From an uncultured Candidatus Rokubacteria bacterium (GTDB taxonomy: Bacteria > Methylomirabilota > Methylomirabilia > Rokubacteriales > CSP1-6): a stretch of 64,000 nucleotides of DNA. The notes beneath the pieces are model-generated. The model did no database searches, was not told where the DNA came from, and saw only the letters and a list, made by a program, of their open reading frames with translations. The translations under genes were made by a program, and so were the position numbers. How positions within the stretch are numbered: the first letter of the stretch is position 1; every line of letters starts with the position of its first letter. Shown piece by piece: positions 20,470 through 29,064 of this stretch. The stretch is from contig CAVWWD010000006.1 of the NCBI GenBank assembly GCA_963758635.1, positions 360,180 through 424,179 of the forward strand. The letters are read 5' to 3'.

Positions 20470-20527
20470 TGCAGCCTCTGGGTCGCTACGCGGGTCCGCG
20501 TATCGCCGGACCGAATAGTAGTTGGGC
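20470..20527 (+). other. Putative attI; recombination core GTTGGGC at 20521-20527
   Basis: GTTGGGC is the exact complement of the first attC inverse core GCCCAAC (21117), as expected for the first integrated cassette. Confidence 0.65.
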
Positions 20528-20589
20528 GGATGGGCCCCCGCGTTCCGCGACGAGCCCCCGAAAGATGAGGCCCAGCGTAGAATCCAGGC

Positions 20590-20910
20590 ATGGTCGAGCC
20601 CGAGATCTTGTTCGAGGCGCGCACGCCGCTCGGGTTCGTGGTCCGCATCACGCGGGCCCGGTGGGAGTTGATCGTCACGGTGAAGCATCCCGTGATGGCC
20701 GGTCGAGAGTCCAGCGTCAAGACGGCGCTGGAGAACCCGGACGAGGTCCGGCAGAGCCGGACAGATCCCAACATGCTTCTCTTCTACAAGGCCGAGGCTT
20801 CGCGACGCTGGGTGTGCGCCGTCACCAGGCAAACCGACGATGACGCTTTCTTGGTGACAGCTTATCCAACCGATGCGATCAAAGAGGGAATGCGCATATG
20901 GCCGAAGTAA
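20590..20910 (+). CDS. Cassette 1 gene A, DUF4258-like putative toxin
   Basis: 106 aa; KHPVM...LENPDEVRQS...AFLVTAY; overlaps the downstream gene. Confidence 0.65.
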   Translation: MVEPEILFEARTPLGFVVRITRARWELIVTVKHPVMAGRESSVKTALENPDEVRQSRTDPNMLLFYKAEASRRWVCAVTRQTDDDAFLVTAYPTDAIKEGMRIWPK

Positions 20911-21110
20911 GCGTGCTCTACGATCGGGAGGGGCGAACGCTCACCGTCTGGTTTAGCGATCGACGACAGGAACACGTCTGCGAGGAGACGGGCGACGAGG
21001 TGATCTTGATGAAGGATTCCACAGGACGCGTCATCGGTTTTGAGAAGCTCAACTTCTCCATCCCCGAAACCGACCGCCTCCGGGTCGCCCTTGAAACGAC
21101 GCCCGCGTGA
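20898..21110 (+). CDS. Cassette 1 gene B, DUF2283-like putative antitoxin
   Basis: YDREGRTLTVWF...EETGDEVILMKDSTGRVIGFEKLN. Confidence 0.75.
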   Translation: MAEVSVLYDREGRTLTVWFSDRRQEHVCEETGDEVILMKDSTGRVIGFEKLNFSIPETDRLRVALETTPA

Positions 21111-21116
21111 TCGACC

Positions 21117-21176
21117 GCCCAACAACACGCTTCAGCAGTCGGCGCTTCGCGCCGCTGCTGAGCGTGCGCGTTCGGC
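21117..21176 (+). repeat. attC site 1
   Basis: GCCCAAC...imperfect palindrome TTCAGCAG/CTGCTGA...GTTCGGC, 60 bp. Confidence 0.9.
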
Positions 21177-21261
21177 GGACGGGAGATCGGTCACACCCCG
21201 AGACGACCGAAACGATTCGCGTGCTTGCCACGCCGACACCGACTCGCCTACCATCATCTGC

Positions 21262-21489
21262 ATGGACTACCTGAGCCGGATCACGATCGATCCCGAGGTC
21301 CGCTTCGGGAAGCCCTGCGTCCGCGGGACCCGCCTGACGGTCGGGGATGTCCTGTCGTACCTGGCGTCGGGTATGACCGAGGACGACATCCTCGCCGACT
21401 TCTCGCAGCTGACGCGGGACGATATTCGTGCCTGTCTCGCGTTCGCCGCCGAGCGAGAGCGACGCATCCTGGGCATTCCCGCTGCCTGA
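21262..21489 (+). CDS. Cassette 2 DUF433 antitoxin
   Basis: RITIDPEVRFGKPCVRGTRLTVGDVL...LTRDDIRACLAFAA. Confidence 0.92.
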   Translation: MDYLSRITIDPEVRFGKPCVRGTRLTVGDVLSYLASGMTEDDILADFSQLTRDDIRACLAFAAERERRILGIPAA

Positions 21490-21823
21490 ACCCAAGCTTC
21501 TCTTTGACGAGAACCTTGCCGCAAGCTTGGCCAGCGCTCTCTCGGACCTATACCCGGACTCAGCCCACATCAGCGGCGTTGGACTCGCGGCTGCTCGCGA
21601 CCGCCAAATCTGGATGTACGCTGCGGCAAACGGGTTCGTCCTCGTGACCAAGGACGAAGACTTCCATCGGCTGAGCGTTCTTCACGGCGCGCCGCCGAAG
21701 GTCGTCTGGATCGGCCTCGGCAACTGCTCGACGGACGATGTAACGCACCTCCTCCGGGCTCGGCACCGCGAGATCGTCCAATTCGTTGAGCACCCCGAGG
21801 CCACCTTTCTGGCGCTCGGGTGA
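21482..21823 (+). CDS. Cassette 2 DUF5615 PIN-like toxin (start uncertain)
   Basis: KLLFDENL, DRQIWMYA, LVTKDEDF, GAPPKVVW. Confidence 0.88.
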   Translation: MPEPKLLFDENLAASLASALSDLYPDSAHISGVGLAAARDRQIWMYAAANGFVLVTKDEDFHRLSVLHGAPPKVVWIGLGNCSTDDVTHLLRARHREIVQFVEHPEATFLALG

Positions 21824-21834
21824 CGCTATCGACC

Positions 21835-21895
21835 GCCGAACAACCGGCTTGAGCGGACGCGCTACGCGGCCCGCCGCTGAACCGGAGTGTTCGGC
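21835..21895 (+). repeat. attC site 2
   Basis: GCCGAAC...GAGCGG/CCGCTG...GTTCGGC, 61 bp. Confidence 0.88.
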
Positions 21896-21947
21896 GACTG
21901 ACAAGCGGGCAGATGGGGCAAGTCACGACGTGATCGGGTGAAGCCGG

Positions 21948-22225
21948 GTGCCAAGGATCGCCGAGTTCTACGGAATCGCGATCTACATGTATTTTCGCGA
22001 TCACGGCGTCCCTCACTTCCATGCGATCTACGGCGATCAAGAAGCGGTATTCGCGATTGAAGGTTTGCGGCTGCTCGAGGGGCAGCTCCCGCGACGAGCT
22101 CTTGCGCTCGTTCGGTCCTGGGGGAAAGGTTTCGGGAAATGACACTACACGGCGATGAGCTCCAACGGAACTGGGAGTTGGCGCGGGCCAACCGATCGTT
22201 GCAGCAGATTGCGCCTCTGGAGTGA
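21948..22225 (+). pseudogene. Cassette 3 DUF4160 protein, split by a short insertion near 22122-22141
   Basis: MPRIAEFYGIAIYMYFRDHGVPHFHAIY...RSW; TGA at 22140-22142; expected C-terminus LHGDELQRNWELARANRSLQQIAPLE lies in the -1 frame. Confidence 0.8.
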
Positions 22226-22237
22226 GGAGCTCGGTCA

Positions 22238-22555
22238 ATGAGATGGCGAGTCACCAAGGCTAAGGCGTGCGGACCCCATTCCGTGGACCTGACCTTCAAA
22301 GACGGGAGGCGCAAGCGGGTCAATCTGCTGCCCCTTCTCCAGGGGCCGGTGTTCCAGCCGCTGCGAGACCCCGCGTTTTTCGCGCGGTTGAAGCTCGATC
22401 CGCTGGCGGGAACTGTCGTCTGGCCGAATGGGGCTGACATAGCGCCCGAGACACTGTACGACCTCTCAGATGAGGCCAAGGGGAGAGCGAGAGGTCCATC
22501 GCCGAACAAGCCGCTTCAGCGGCCCGGTGCTCGCGTTGCTCGCTCCGGCCGCTGA
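22238..22555 (+). CDS. Cassette 3 DUF2442 protein (partner of DUF4160)
   Basis: LTFKDG...GPVFQPLRDPAFF...GTVVWPNGADIAPETLY; reads into attC3. Confidence 0.88.
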   Translation: MRWRVTKAKACGPHSVDLTFKDGRRKRVNLLPLLQGPVFQPLRDPAFFARLKLDPLAGTVVWPNGADIAPETLYDLSDEAKGRARGPSPNKPLQRPGARVARSGR

Positions 22556-22570
22556 GCGTGAGCGTTCGGC
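22501..22570 (+). repeat. attC site 3
   Basis: GCCGAAC...TTCAGCGGCC/GGCCGCTGA...GTTCGGC, 70 bp. Confidence 0.9.
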
Positions 22571-22603
22571 AGCGCGGGTACCCTCACCGCCCCGTTGAGC
22601 GGC

Positions 22604-22633
22604 TTGTGCTCCTGTATATCGTAGACGTATACT
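22604..22633 (+). promoter_or_regulatory. Cassette-internal promoter/operator for the BrnT-like pair
   Basis: TTGTGC, 18 nt, TATACT; overlapping inverted repeat GTATA-N9-TATAC. Confidence 0.5.
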
Positions 22634-22639
22634 CGTGGC

Positions 22640-22954
22640 GTGGCGCTCATCCCCGAGTTCTTCCCTGACGTTGAGGGGTTTCAGTGGGATGAAGGTAACT
22701 CCTCGAAGAATTGGGCGCGACACGGGATTAGCCAGACAGAGGCCGAGCAGATCTTCGTCAACCGGCCCCTGGTAGTCATTGGCGATGTGGCGCACTCCGG
22801 TACCGAGACGCGGTATTTCTCTTTCGGACGGACTGACGGAGGGCGTCTACTGACCGTTGTCTTTACTGTGCGCGGTCAACTGCTCCGGGTGATCTCCGCG
22901 CGCCCGATGAGCCGCAGGGAAAGAAGAGGATATGCCCAAGCGACGCGACCGTAG
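22640..22954 (+). CDS. brnT: Cassette 4 BrnT-family toxin (DUF497)
   Basis: FQWDEGNSSKNWARHGIS..EAEQIF, HSGTETRY, RVISARPMSRRER. Confidence 0.9.
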   Translation: MALIPEFFPDVEGFQWDEGNSSKNWARHGISQTEAEQIFVNRPLVVIGDVAHSGTETRYFSFGRTDGGRLLTVVFTVRGQLLRVISARPMSRRERRGYAQATRP

Positions 22955-23270
22955 CACGATCCCGGCATTTCGCTCCGAGGCCGAGGAACGTAGGTTCTGG
23001 GAGACTCACGACACCAGCCCGTTCGTCGATTGGACCAAGGCTCGCGTCGCCGTCTTTCCCAACTTGAAGCCATCCACGGAGACAATCTCCTTGCGGTTAC
23101 CTGCCGCGCTCCTGGCGGAACTGAAAGCGCTGGCCAATAGGCGCGACGTGCCATATCAGTCACTGCTGAAGGTATTTCTCGCGGAACGGATTGCCCGTGA
23201 GACGGCAGCGGTCAGCGCGCCGCCGAACAAGCGCATGCAGCCGACGGCGCGCCCTGCGCGCCGCAGCTAA
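22932..23270 (+). CDS. Cassette 4 BrnA/CopG-type antitoxin
   Basis: IPAFRSEAEERRFWETHD, TISLRLP, RDVPYQSLLK. Confidence 0.88.
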   Translation: MPKRRDRSTIPAFRSEAEERRFWETHDTSPFVDWTKARVAVFPNLKPSTETISLRLPAALLAELKALANRRDVPYQSLLKVFLAERIARETAAVSAPPNKRMQPTARPARRS

Positions 23271-23285
23271 TACGCCGCGTTCGGC
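23222..23285 (+). repeat. attC site 4
   Basis: GCCGAAC AAGCGCATGCAGC...GCAGCTAATACGC...GTTCGGC, 64 bp. Confidence 0.85.
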
Positions 23286-23425
23286 AAGACCCGGAAGGGG
23301 AACCGCTGGTTGCGGATGGCGCTGTCGCGGCGGCTTTTCCTGACGCCGCAACGGTCAACCGAGCACTGCGTGCCCTGCTGAACGCCGTACCATCTCAGCG
23401 GGCGCGGCGGCGTAGCGCTGACTAA
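23283..23425 (+). pseudogene. Cassette 5 remnant: IS110 transposase sliver joined to an antitoxin-like C-terminus
   Basis: GKTRKGNRWLRMAL (IS110-type motif), then VAAAFPDAATVNRALRALL...SAD-stop. Confidence 0.55.
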
Positions 23426-23466
23426 CAACAGGCTGGAGCGGCCCGGCTCGACGCCGGCCGCTCAAC
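23420..23466 (+). repeat. attC site 5, interrupted
   Basis: GACTAAC AACAGGCTGGAGCGGCCCGGC/GCCGGCCGCTCA; right core displaced, candidate GTTCGGG at 23615. Confidence 0.7.
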
Positions 23467-23613
23467 ACGATCCGCGTGCTCAGCGTCGCGCCCACGGGCT
23501 CCGCGACGAGGAGTACCTCCGGCTCAAGATTCTCCCCTGCATGCTGCCCGAGATCTGACCGTGCCATTGTCGCCACACGTCCCCGATTCACCCGCACGAC
23601 TTCACGAAGAGCC
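23461..23613 (+). mobile_element. ISL3-family remnant (transposase C-terminus and right end)
   Basis: LNTIRVL..RRAHGLRDEEYLRLKILPCMLPEI-stop (23558); ends in GAAGAGCC, resembling the ISL3 terminal repeat. Confidence 0.75.
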
Positions 23614-23719
23614 CGTTCGGGAATGATCCGCGCCAGCGCGCACGGCGCGGGGGGACGGTCGTGACCGGGATGGCCCCGCCTCGTGGCATCATGGCGAGCT
23701 GGAGCGGGTCACCGAAGAC

Positions 23720-24529
23720 ATGCCGAGAGTCCGGGCGAGCGGGACCGACGTGAGCTACGAAGCCGCAGGCGGCGGGGCGCCCGTCGTGTGCCTCGTGCAT
23801 GGCACCGGCGGCCGCGGCGGCGTCTGGATGAGACAGCTCGAGGGACTCGCCAACGTCGCCCGGGTCGTTGCGCCCGATCTGCCGGGCCATGGCCAGACGG
23901 GCGGCGCCCTCTGCCGGAGCATCGCCGAGGCCACCGCGTTCGTCGCGAGGTTTCTCGACGCGCTCGGCGTCGATCGCGCCGTGATCGGCGGGCACTCGAT
24001 GGGAGGCGCGATCGCCCAGGAGTTCGCGCTCACCCATCCCGGGCGCGTGCTCGGGCTGGCCCTGGTGGGCACCGGAGCGCGCCTGCGCGTGCTGCCGCGG
24101 CTGCTCGAGCTGCTCGACACTGACTACCCGGCGGGCGTCGACCTGCTCATGCAGATGGGCGTGGGGGCGGGCGCGGCGCCCGCCCTCCGCGCGATGCTCC
24201 ATCACGAGACGGCGGCCAATCCGCAGGCGGTGGTGGTGGGCGACCTCCGTGCCTGCAACGTCTTCGACGCGCTCGAGCGTGTCGGGACGATCTCGGCGCC
24301 GACGCTCGCCATCTGCGGTGAGGAGGATCAGCTCACACCGCCGAAGTACTCGCGGTTCCTCGGGGAGCGGATCGCGGGGGCGCGGGTCGTGATCGTGCCC
24401 GGGTCCGGGCACTACGTGCAGGTCGAGCAGCCGGACGCCGTCACGACGGCGCTGCGTGAGCTCGTGACGTCGCTTCCGGCGCCGGCGCCTCCCCCCACGG
24501 CGGGAGGAGGTCGAGCTCGCGCAGGATGA
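23720..24529 (+). CDS. Alpha/beta hydrolase
   Basis: LVHGTGG, DLPGHG, GHSMGG, GEEDQLTP, GSGH. Confidence 0.9.
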   Translation: MPRVRASGTDVSYEAAGGGAPVVCLVHGTGGRGGVWMRQLEGLANVARVVAPDLPGHGQTGGALCRSIAEATAFVARFLDALGVDRAVIGGHSMGGAIAQEFALTHPGRVLGLALVGTGARLRVLPRLLELLDTDYPAGVDLLMQMGVGAGAAPALRAMLHHETAANPQAVVVGDLRACNVFDALERVGTISAPTLAICGEEDQLTPPKYSRFLGERIAGARVVIVPGSGHYVQVEQPDAVTTALRELVTSLPAPAPPPTAGGGRARAG

Positions 24530-26562
24530 AGGCGTAGTCGAGCGCGATCTCCCGGAGGAAGTCGTAGCGGCCCGAGGCGCCGCCGTGCCCGGCGCCCATG
24601 TCGATCTTGAAGAGCACGGGCCGCGTGCCCGTCCCCGCCGCGCGGAGCTTCGCCACCCACTTCGCCGGCTCCCAGTACATCACCTGGCTGTCGTTGATCG
24701 CGGTGCGCACGAGCACGGCGGGGTAGGGCTGGGGGGCGATGTTCGTGTACGGGCAGTACGTCTTCATGTACGCGTAGAAGGCCGGCCGCTTCGGGTTCCC
24801 CCACTCCTCGAACTCGCCCACCGTCAGCGGCAGCGACTCGTCGAGCATGGTGTTGATCACGTCCACGAACGGCACGCGCAGGACGGCGGCGCGGGCGAGG
24901 TCGGGCCGCATGTTCAGCACCGCGCCGATGAGGAGGCCGCCCGCGCTCCCGCCCTCGATGACCAGCCGATCGCGCGCGGTGTAGCCCTCCCGGACGAGGG
25001 AGTCGACGACCGCGACGAAGTCGGTGAAGGTGTTGCGCTTGTTGAGCATGCGCCCGGCGTCGTGCCAGCGCTTGCCCATCTCCCCGCCCCCGCGCACGTG
25101 GGCCACGGCCACCGCCACGCCGCGCTCGAGGAGGCTCAGGCGGTTCGACGAGAAGTACGGGCCGTACGGGATGCCGTACGCGCCGTAGCCGGCGAGGAGC
25201 ATCGGGACCGAGCCGTCGCGCGGGGCGTCCTTGGCGCACACCAACGAGATGGGCACGAGGGTGCCGTCGGGCGCGGGGGCGTGCAGGCGCTCGGTTCGGT
25301 AGCGCGCCGGGTCGTACCCGCCGAGCACCTCGGTCTGCTTCAGCAGGACGAGCCGCCGCGCGCCGACCTCCCAGTCGAACACGGACGGCGGCGTGATCAG
25401 CGACTGGTAGCGGAAGCGGTAGGCCGCGGGGTCGAACTCCTCGTTGGGCTCGGACTCCACGTCGTAGGTCGGCTCGGGGAACTCCACGTGGTGCGCGCCG
25501 CCGCCCTCGAGGGGCACGACGTGCAGGCGCGTGAGGCCGCCCGCGCGCTCGTGGACCACGTAGAAGCGTGCGAAGACGTCGACGTCCTCGATCATGACGT
25601 CCTCGCGGTGGGGGATGAGCTCCTCCCACGCCGCGGGGCGCGGATCGGCGACGGGCACGCGCACGAGGCGGAAGTTCCGGAGGCCGGCGCCGTTCGTGCG
25701 GACGAAGAACGCGCCGGGGTCGCCGGGGCCGGAGGTCCAGTGATCGAACGTCGTACTCGTGATCGGCCTCGCGGGGCGAGAGCACCGTCCACGGCGCGTC
25801 GGGATCGCCCGCCGGCGCGTAGCGGAGCTCCGCGGAGGTGAAGCTCCGGGAGCCCGCGAACAGCAGCGCGCGGCTCCGCGTACGCCCCACGTACAGCCGG
25901 AACACCGGGTCGGTCTCCTCGTACACGGGCGCGTCGTCCGTTCGGCCGAGCCGGTGCCGCCAGAGGCGGTACGGGCGCTTCGCGGCGTCCTCGGTGACGT
26001 AGAAGAAGACCTCGGGGTCGGCCGACCAGGCCACGGACGCCACGTTGTCGATGCGGTCGGGCAGGAGCTCGCCGGTGCGCAAGTCCTTGACGTAGAGCGT
26101 GAACTCGCGGAACCCGGTCACGTCGGTGGTGTAGGCGAGGCGGTGGCCGTCGTCGCTGACCGCGTACGCGCCGACGGCCAGGAACGGGTGGCCCTCGGCG
26201 AGGCGGTTCAGGTCGAGGGTGATCTCCTCGGGCGCGTCCAGGCTCCCGGCGCGCCGGCAGAGGATCGAGTACTGCTTCCCCGTCTCGGTGCGCGAGTAGT
26301 AGAAGTAGCCGTCCTGCCGGTAGGGAACGGAGGAGTCGTCCTCCTTGATCCGGGCGAGCATCTCCCGGTAGAGGTCCTGCTGGAAATCCTCCGTTGCGTT
26401 CAGGACTTGCGCGGTATAGGCGTTCTCGGCCTGGAGGTGGGCGATGACCTCCGGATCGGTCTTGTCCCGGAGCCAGTGGTAGTCGTCCTCCCGCCGGTCG
26501 CCATGGACGACCTCGATCTTCGGGATCCGCTTGGCCACCGGGGGGCCCGGACGGTCGATCAC
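24441..26562 (-). CDS. ptrB: Oligopeptidase B, peptidase S9A (frameshift near 25745)
   Basis: HGDRREDDYHWLRD, GGSAGG, EFEEWGNP, DSQVMYWEPAKW, AGHGGASGR. Confidence 0.92.
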
Positions 26563-26627
26563 GCGCTCATCTCTCCAAGGTCCTCACCATACACCTCCCG
26601 GTACGCGTCGCGAGCCGGCGCGCCGGC

Positions 26628-27341
26628 TCAGCAGCCGAGCTGCCGCGCGAGGTCCTGGAAGTCGGTGGCCACCACGTCCCAGTCCTTCTCCGCGCGCAAA
26701 TCGGTGGTCTGCTTCGGGCCGTGCTCGGTGGGCCGGCAGACGAAGGCGGTGCGGAGCCCGACCCCGCGCGCCGCCCCGAGATCGCCGTTGTGGGCGGCCA
26801 CCATGAGGCACTGATCGGGACGCAGGCCGAGGAAGTCGGCGGTGGCCAGGTAGCACTGCGGATCCGGCTTGTAGTGGCGCGCCGGCTCCGCGCCGAGGAT
26901 GGCGTCCCACGGCAGGCCGGCCCGCTTCGCCATGTTCACCATGAGCGCCACGTTGCCGTTGGATAGCGTGGCCAGGACGAAGCGCGCGCGCAGGCGCGTG
27001 AGCCCGGCGACCGCCTCCGGCCACGGATCCAGGCGGTGCCACGCCCGGTTCACGTGGTCGAGGTCGGCGTCGGAAAGGCCGGCGATCCCGAACTCGGGCA
27101 GGAGCTTCTCGAGGCTCATCCGGTGCAGGTCGTCGAGACGCGTCCACGGCAGGTCGCCGCTGCGCACCCGCTGCATCGAGGGCTGGTAGAGCTTCCGCCA
27201 CGCCACCGCGAACGCCGTCCAGTCCGCGGAGAGCCCGCGCTCCCGCCCGAAGGCCTCGAGGTCGCGCGCGATGCTGGTGCGCCAGTCCACGACCGTGCCG
27301 AACACGTCGAAGGTCAGGGCCTTGACCGATCCGATGTCCAT
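26628..27341 (-). CDS. Haloacid dehalogenase type II
   Basis: FDVFGTVVDW, TLSNGN, YKP, MVAAHNGDL. Confidence 0.92.
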   Translation of the reverse strand: MDIGSVKALTFDVFGTVVDWRTSIARDLEAFGRERGLSADWTAFAVAWRKLYQPSMQRVRSGDLPWTRLDDLHRMSLEKLLPEFGIAGLSDADLDHVNRAWHRLDPWPEAVAGLTRLRARFVLATLSNGNVALMVNMAKRAGLPWDAILGAEPARHYKPDPQCYLATADFLGLRPDQCLMVAAHNGDLGAARGVGLRTAFVCRPTEHGPKQTTDLRAEKDWDVVATDFQDLARQLGC

Positions 27342-27452
27342 CCCGCCCCCTCTCCCACCGCGGGTCGTACGGCCGCGCCGCGCGGCTCGGGTCCCCGCCG
27401 GGCCCCCACAGTACCACCGGAGGCCGTCCGGCCTTGGAGGTAGACTGCGCCT

Positions 27453-27659
27453 ATGACCGGCGGCCGACTCCGGACCGCCTGGGGCCAGGCGTGTCGAGAC
27501 GTCCGGCACGCGGGAGCGCTGTTCCTCGCCCGACGGCTCGCCCGGAGGGCGCTCGCCCCCGCCTGCGCCTGGCGGACGCTCTGCTTCTACGAGCGCGACC
27601 TCTCGGCTCCCCTCCCGGCCTTCCAGGCCAGGATCCCCGTCGACGCGTCGCTCTTCTGA
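27453..27659 (+). CDS. Short hypothetical ORF, possibly a truncated N-terminal fragment
   Basis: GC3-rich codons in its 3' half (LCFYERDLSAPLP); no recognisable complete domain. Confidence 0.3.
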   Translation: MTGGRLRTAWGQACRDVRHAGALFLARRLARRALAPACAWRTLCFYERDLSAPLPAFQARIPVDASLF

Positions 27660-27742
27660 GGAGGACGGCCACCGGGCACGAGGACGATGATGTAGTATTT
27701 TCGGGAAGATGAGATAGATCGACGACCCCCGAAAGGAACCCC

Positions 27743-28966
27743 ATGGCTCACCGCGGGATGAAGTTCGGCATCTTCCTCGCTCCCTTCCACCGTGTCGGCG
27801 AGAACCCGACGCTCGCCATCGGGCGGGACATGGAGCTGATCGAGTGGCTCGATCACCTGGGCTACGACGAGGCGTGGATCGGCGAGCACCACTCGGCGGG
27901 CTGGGAGCTGATCGCCTCGCCGGAGGTCTTCATCGGCGCGGCCATCGAGCGCACCCGCCACATCAACCTGGGGTCCGGCGTCACGAGCCTGCCGTACCAT
28001 CACCCGCTCATGGTCGCCAACCGGTTCGTGCAGCTCGACCACATGAGCCGCGGGCGGACGATGCTCGGCGTGGGGCCGGGCGCGCTCGTCTCCGACGCGT
28101 ACATGATGGGCATCGAGCCCGTGACCCAGCGCCAGCGCATGGACGAGGCGCTCACCGCCATCATGGACCTGCTCCGCTGCGAGGAGCCGGTGACCATGAA
28201 GACGGACTGGTTCGAGCTGCGGCAGGCGCGCCTGCACCTGGCGCCCTACACCGCCCCGCACTTCCCCATCGCGGTGGCCAGCGTGCTGACGCCGGCGGGC
28301 ATGATCTCGGCGGGCAAGTACGGGCTCGGCGTGCTCTCGCTCGGCGCCGGCCTGCCCGGCGGGCCCGAGGCGCTGGCCGAGCACTGGAAGATCGCCGAGG
28401 ACACCGCCGCCGCCCACGGCACCGCCATGGACCGCCGTGACTGGCGCCTCGTCGTCAACGTGCACCTCGCCGAGGACGACGCGCTCGCCCTCCGCCAGGT
28501 TCACGCGAGCGAGCGGCACGAGACCGTGACGTACTTCGAGGAGACGCTCGGGCGGCCCCCCGGCCGGTCGGACGATCCGCTGCGCGACGGCATCAGGATG
28601 GGCACCACGCTGGTGGGAACGCCGGAGACGGCGATCAAGGGCATCCAGCGCCTCCAGGAGCTCTCGCGCGGCGGCTTCGGCGGCCTCCTGTTCCGGGCCC
28701 ACGAGTGGGCCACGCGCGAGGAGACGCTCAAGAGCTACGAGCTGTTCGCGCGCTACGTCATGCCGCGCTTCCAGGGCTCGCTCGACACCATCGCGGACTC
28801 CAACGAGTGGTGCCGCGACAACCGCCGCACGATCTTCGGCCCCAACGTGCAGGCCATCCAGAAGGCGTTCACGGACGCGGGGCGCGAGGTGCCGACGGAG
28901 TTCATCATGACGCGCACCAGCGGCGCGCGCGACTCCGTCCCGACGCCCCGCCCGACTGTTCCCTGA
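27743..28966 (+). CDS. Luciferase-like (LLM) flavin-dependent monooxygenase
   Basis: KFGIFLAPFH, WIGEHHS, SLPYHHP, LDHMSRGR. Confidence 0.92.
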   Translation: MAHRGMKFGIFLAPFHRVGENPTLAIGRDMELIEWLDHLGYDEAWIGEHHSAGWELIASPEVFIGAAIERTRHINLGSGVTSLPYHHPLMVANRFVQLDHMSRGRTMLGVGPGALVSDAYMMGIEPVTQRQRMDEALTAIMDLLRCEEPVTMKTDWFELRQARLHLAPYTAPHFPIAVASVLTPAGMISAGKYGLGVLSLGAGLPGGPEALAEHWKIAEDTAAAHGTAMDRRDWRLVVNVHLAEDDALALRQVHASERHETVTYFEETLGRPPGRSDDPLRDGIRMGTTLVGTPETAIKGIQRLQELSRGGFGGLLFRAHEWATREETLKSYELFARYVMPRFQGSLDTIADSNEWCRDNRRTIFGPNVQAIQKAFTDAGREVPTEFIMTRTSGARDSVPTPRPTVP

Positions 28967-29064
28967 CCCGGCCGCGCCGTGGGAGCGCGGCGCCCGGCGT
29001 TCGCTGCTCGAGGCGTGGATGAACCGGTTCGCCGAGGTCGGCGACGACACCGAGGGAGGACGGC

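Larger units (their letters stand above)
19499..23621 (+). mobile_element. Integron: intI pseudogene, attI and 4 intact plus 1 remnant cassette
   Basis: intI plus regularly spaced attC sites with complementary core sites. Confidence 0.9.

Noticed and set aside
21117..23466. Spaced palindromes as CRISPR or REP repeats
   Set aside because: They have attC core sites and separate whole genes
19349..23626. Composite transposon bounded by TCACTTCCCGAACGG and CCGTTCGGGAATGA around the integron
   Set aside because: Short imperfect match, no target duplication and no intact transposase; kept only as a motif note
27657..27659. TGA of the 68-aa ORF as a second Sec codon
   Set aside because: No redox-motif context and no SECIS-like stem, and another stop follows soon after
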